A stretch of 64,000 bases of DNA from Chiloscyllium plagiosum (lineage: Eukaryota), in contig NC_057719.1 in NCBI RefSeq assembly GCF_004010195.1, positions 56,622,606 through 56,686,605 on the forward strand, in the 5' to 3' direction. Both the position numbers and the translations under genes were made by a program. The notes under the pieces are model-generated. The model was not told the origin of the DNA, did not search any database, and was given only the letters and a program-made list of their open reading frames with translations. This document shows, one piece after another, positions 61,685 through 64,000 of this stretch (position 1 is the first letter of the stretch; each line of letters begins with the position of its first letter).

Positions 61685-63394
61685 CCCCACAGCTCTCACT
61701 GAGATAATGATCACACTCTACACTTGGGAAAAGGCAAGGAAACATTCCCACGAATTGTCAAGGACGCCATCGGCATCACGGCGGATGTGGGCGCATCACT
61801 GAAAACGGATTTTTCCAACATTTCTGTGGGATTATTCTGACAGTTCGGATATTTTCCTGTGGGCAGGTGCAGAAACACAGAAGATGTGAATTAGGCTAGT
61901 CAGATAATAGAGGTCTGTGCTGCACTGATAGAGCGATCTTTCGATAGAGATGACCATAAATGTGTCTTTCAGGGACATCTGGAAGAAGCCAGGCTTTATT
62001 GAACGGTGGTCTGGAAGGATTTTCAAATGAAATTGTAGTGTGAGTGAAAGCGACTAATTGCACTTACTACCCACAATGAAAACATTTGATTAGTTTCAGA
62101 GGGATCTGCTAAAATCCGTTGGCGAGATAAGTGTCGGGGGTGGGGGAGGGGGCGCATCTCAATAGTTTTGTGATTAAATTAATATTTGACACAGCTAGTT
62201 CCTCTCTGTATTTCACATCTGAACACATTTAAATCCTCAAAATCTAACAGTGGCGTCTCATCCAACTAGAACTGAGACTTGTCATAATATAATATCAGGT
62301 CTGGACTCTTTAACAATATTTACTTTGATTTTCAGCGCAACAGCCCATTAGCTGATAAGGTGCAAACTAGACTTTCATCTATTTAAGAGCTAACTTCACA
62401 CTAGTAAATCTACAAATTATAGTTGTATTCCTGAAACTCGCAGGAATGAAGCAGCTTAAACAAGCCATTGGTTCCCATAAGAAACAATGTTAAAATCAGA
62501 GGAAGTTACTTCAGATATTTACAGTCTGCTGGAATAGCCATTGTCAGGTGTTAAAGATGTTTAATCTGCTTTGAGGACCTCCCTAAAATGTTTCTGTGAA
62601 GTTGGTTTGGAGGGATTAGTGTTTCAATGCAGGGTTCTTCTCTCACTGACTGTAAAATGGATTCTCTGCATCTTCCTGTTACAATGTTGGACATGGGGCC
62701 AAAACTAATCAGGAGATTGTGGAATCAGGGCCTGACACCCTGCAGTATTCACCCAAACAAGCCCTGAGACAAGAACATTACTCTGAGGTAGGAGATCCTA
62801 TCCATTTCTCTCAAATATTTTATCCTGGTCCTCCCTGGTCTAAAGCTCCAAAGGAGGCACCCCTTAGGCTCCAAAATGACAAACACCTTGCAGAGTCAAG
62901 AAATTGAACTTCTCTTCAATGAAGTGAGCCATCAAGGTTCTAACGTCTTCCTTGCAAAATTAAAACTTTTCATTTAGGTGCTGTCCTTGGGAAAAGCTGG
63001 TTTCAGAATTTTTAAAAAAATTATGAATCTTTTGCATGCTAATTACATGCTTTTCATAGTACTCAGTTCAGAATGGCACCATGAAGTCCCAGGACCCAAT
63101 GACAAAACAAAACAAAATCACAATATGAAACAGGACAGAGAACAATGTGGGATGATGACACACATGATGTAAAATAAAAACTGAATGCCTAAATTGTGAA
63201 TGTCAGCCTTAAAAACTTCATCACTTTAAAATGAAATGACAAAGTTGGGTAATTTTAAGTGAGCATTTTCTTTAGAATGTTACACATGACTTTGTTTAAC
63301 ACTGGGATCTTGGGACATTGATGTCCACACAGGCTGATAGGTGAGCGAATTCCAGGTCAAACCATGATAATCAGGATCATCTTGTTGCTGCAGC

Positions 63395-64000
63395 CCAAAT
63401 TGACCAAAACATTTGATTCAGTAAATCACATTGTTCCTTGGATTGTGTTCCAAAGAGTTGGCTGGCCAAGGAATCTTCATCAAAATTCTGCAGCTGCTTC
63501 ATGATGAAATGATGGATTTTTTTTGTGGGATATTTTGAAACAGATTCCTTTACAATTTAGATCTGGTCAAACAAGGACATGTGTTAGTCCCTATATCATT
63601 TACAGTGTCCTCTGGTGTGAATATTAAGTAACTTTGAGATGGAAACCCCTTTAACATCAGTGGCCCCTGTATAAAAGTAAATGGACAACCACAAATATGA
63701 ATGATGTGCAGTTTGCAATGATTGCAATTGTATGGTTCACTTTGCACCAGCTTTCCAAGCTTTTCTCAATCTCTTCCTTGAGTGAGGCCAAAACAAAACT
63801 CATATATTAACCCTCACCTGACCATCCAAATATTCAACCACCTGCATGTGTTTAAGGAGTAACTCTGCAATATGTTGAATATTTTCCATACTCTCTCAAC
63901 AAGTCACCATTGATGAGAAAATCCAACACTGGATCATCTGTCCCAGGTGAGCCAATAGTACAAAGCACAGCTAAAAGTTTTGGACAACAAAGACCTTTAC
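63395..64000 (+). mobile_element. RTE-clade LINE RT remnant
   Basis: LTKTFDSVNH..FIKILQLLHDEM and TLQYVEYFPY..TIDEKIQHWI. Confidence 0.65.

Noticed and set aside
1..64000. CRISPR array or prokaryotic defence system
   Set aside because: Eukaryotic DNA with spliceosomal introns; no regularly spaced repeat-spacer array.

Overview
AT-rich, repeat-dense vertebrate DNA. HE1-type SINEs and their CR1 (HER1-type) partner LINE point to an elasmobranch (shark/ray). The only host protein-coding gene I can support is a complete 6-exon IkB-alpha (NFKBIA-like) gene on the minus strand (CDS 11117->8636, 325 aa, all introns GT-AG). It has a TATA box, clustered NF-kB sites in the promoter and introns 1-2, candidate distal kB enhancers and two co-oriented CTCF motifs upstream. 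The rest is transposon debris: CR1, older CR1/L2-group, L2, Rex1 and RTE LINEs, SINEs, a Tigger-like MITE, an internally deleted Gmr1-like Gypsy element with nested insertions, and Neptune-type Penelope-like elements (PLEs). The most striking signal is a set of short PLE-derived insertions from three sequence families. Each family carries a minimal hammerhead ribozyme motif whose stem III is a loop-less palindrome (ACGU or AGCU). They often integrate as tail-outward fold-backs inside one 14-16 bp target-site duplication (TSD), with 5' ends clustered at the ribozyme. Repeat boundaries are approximate and family names come from motif recognition, not database searches.
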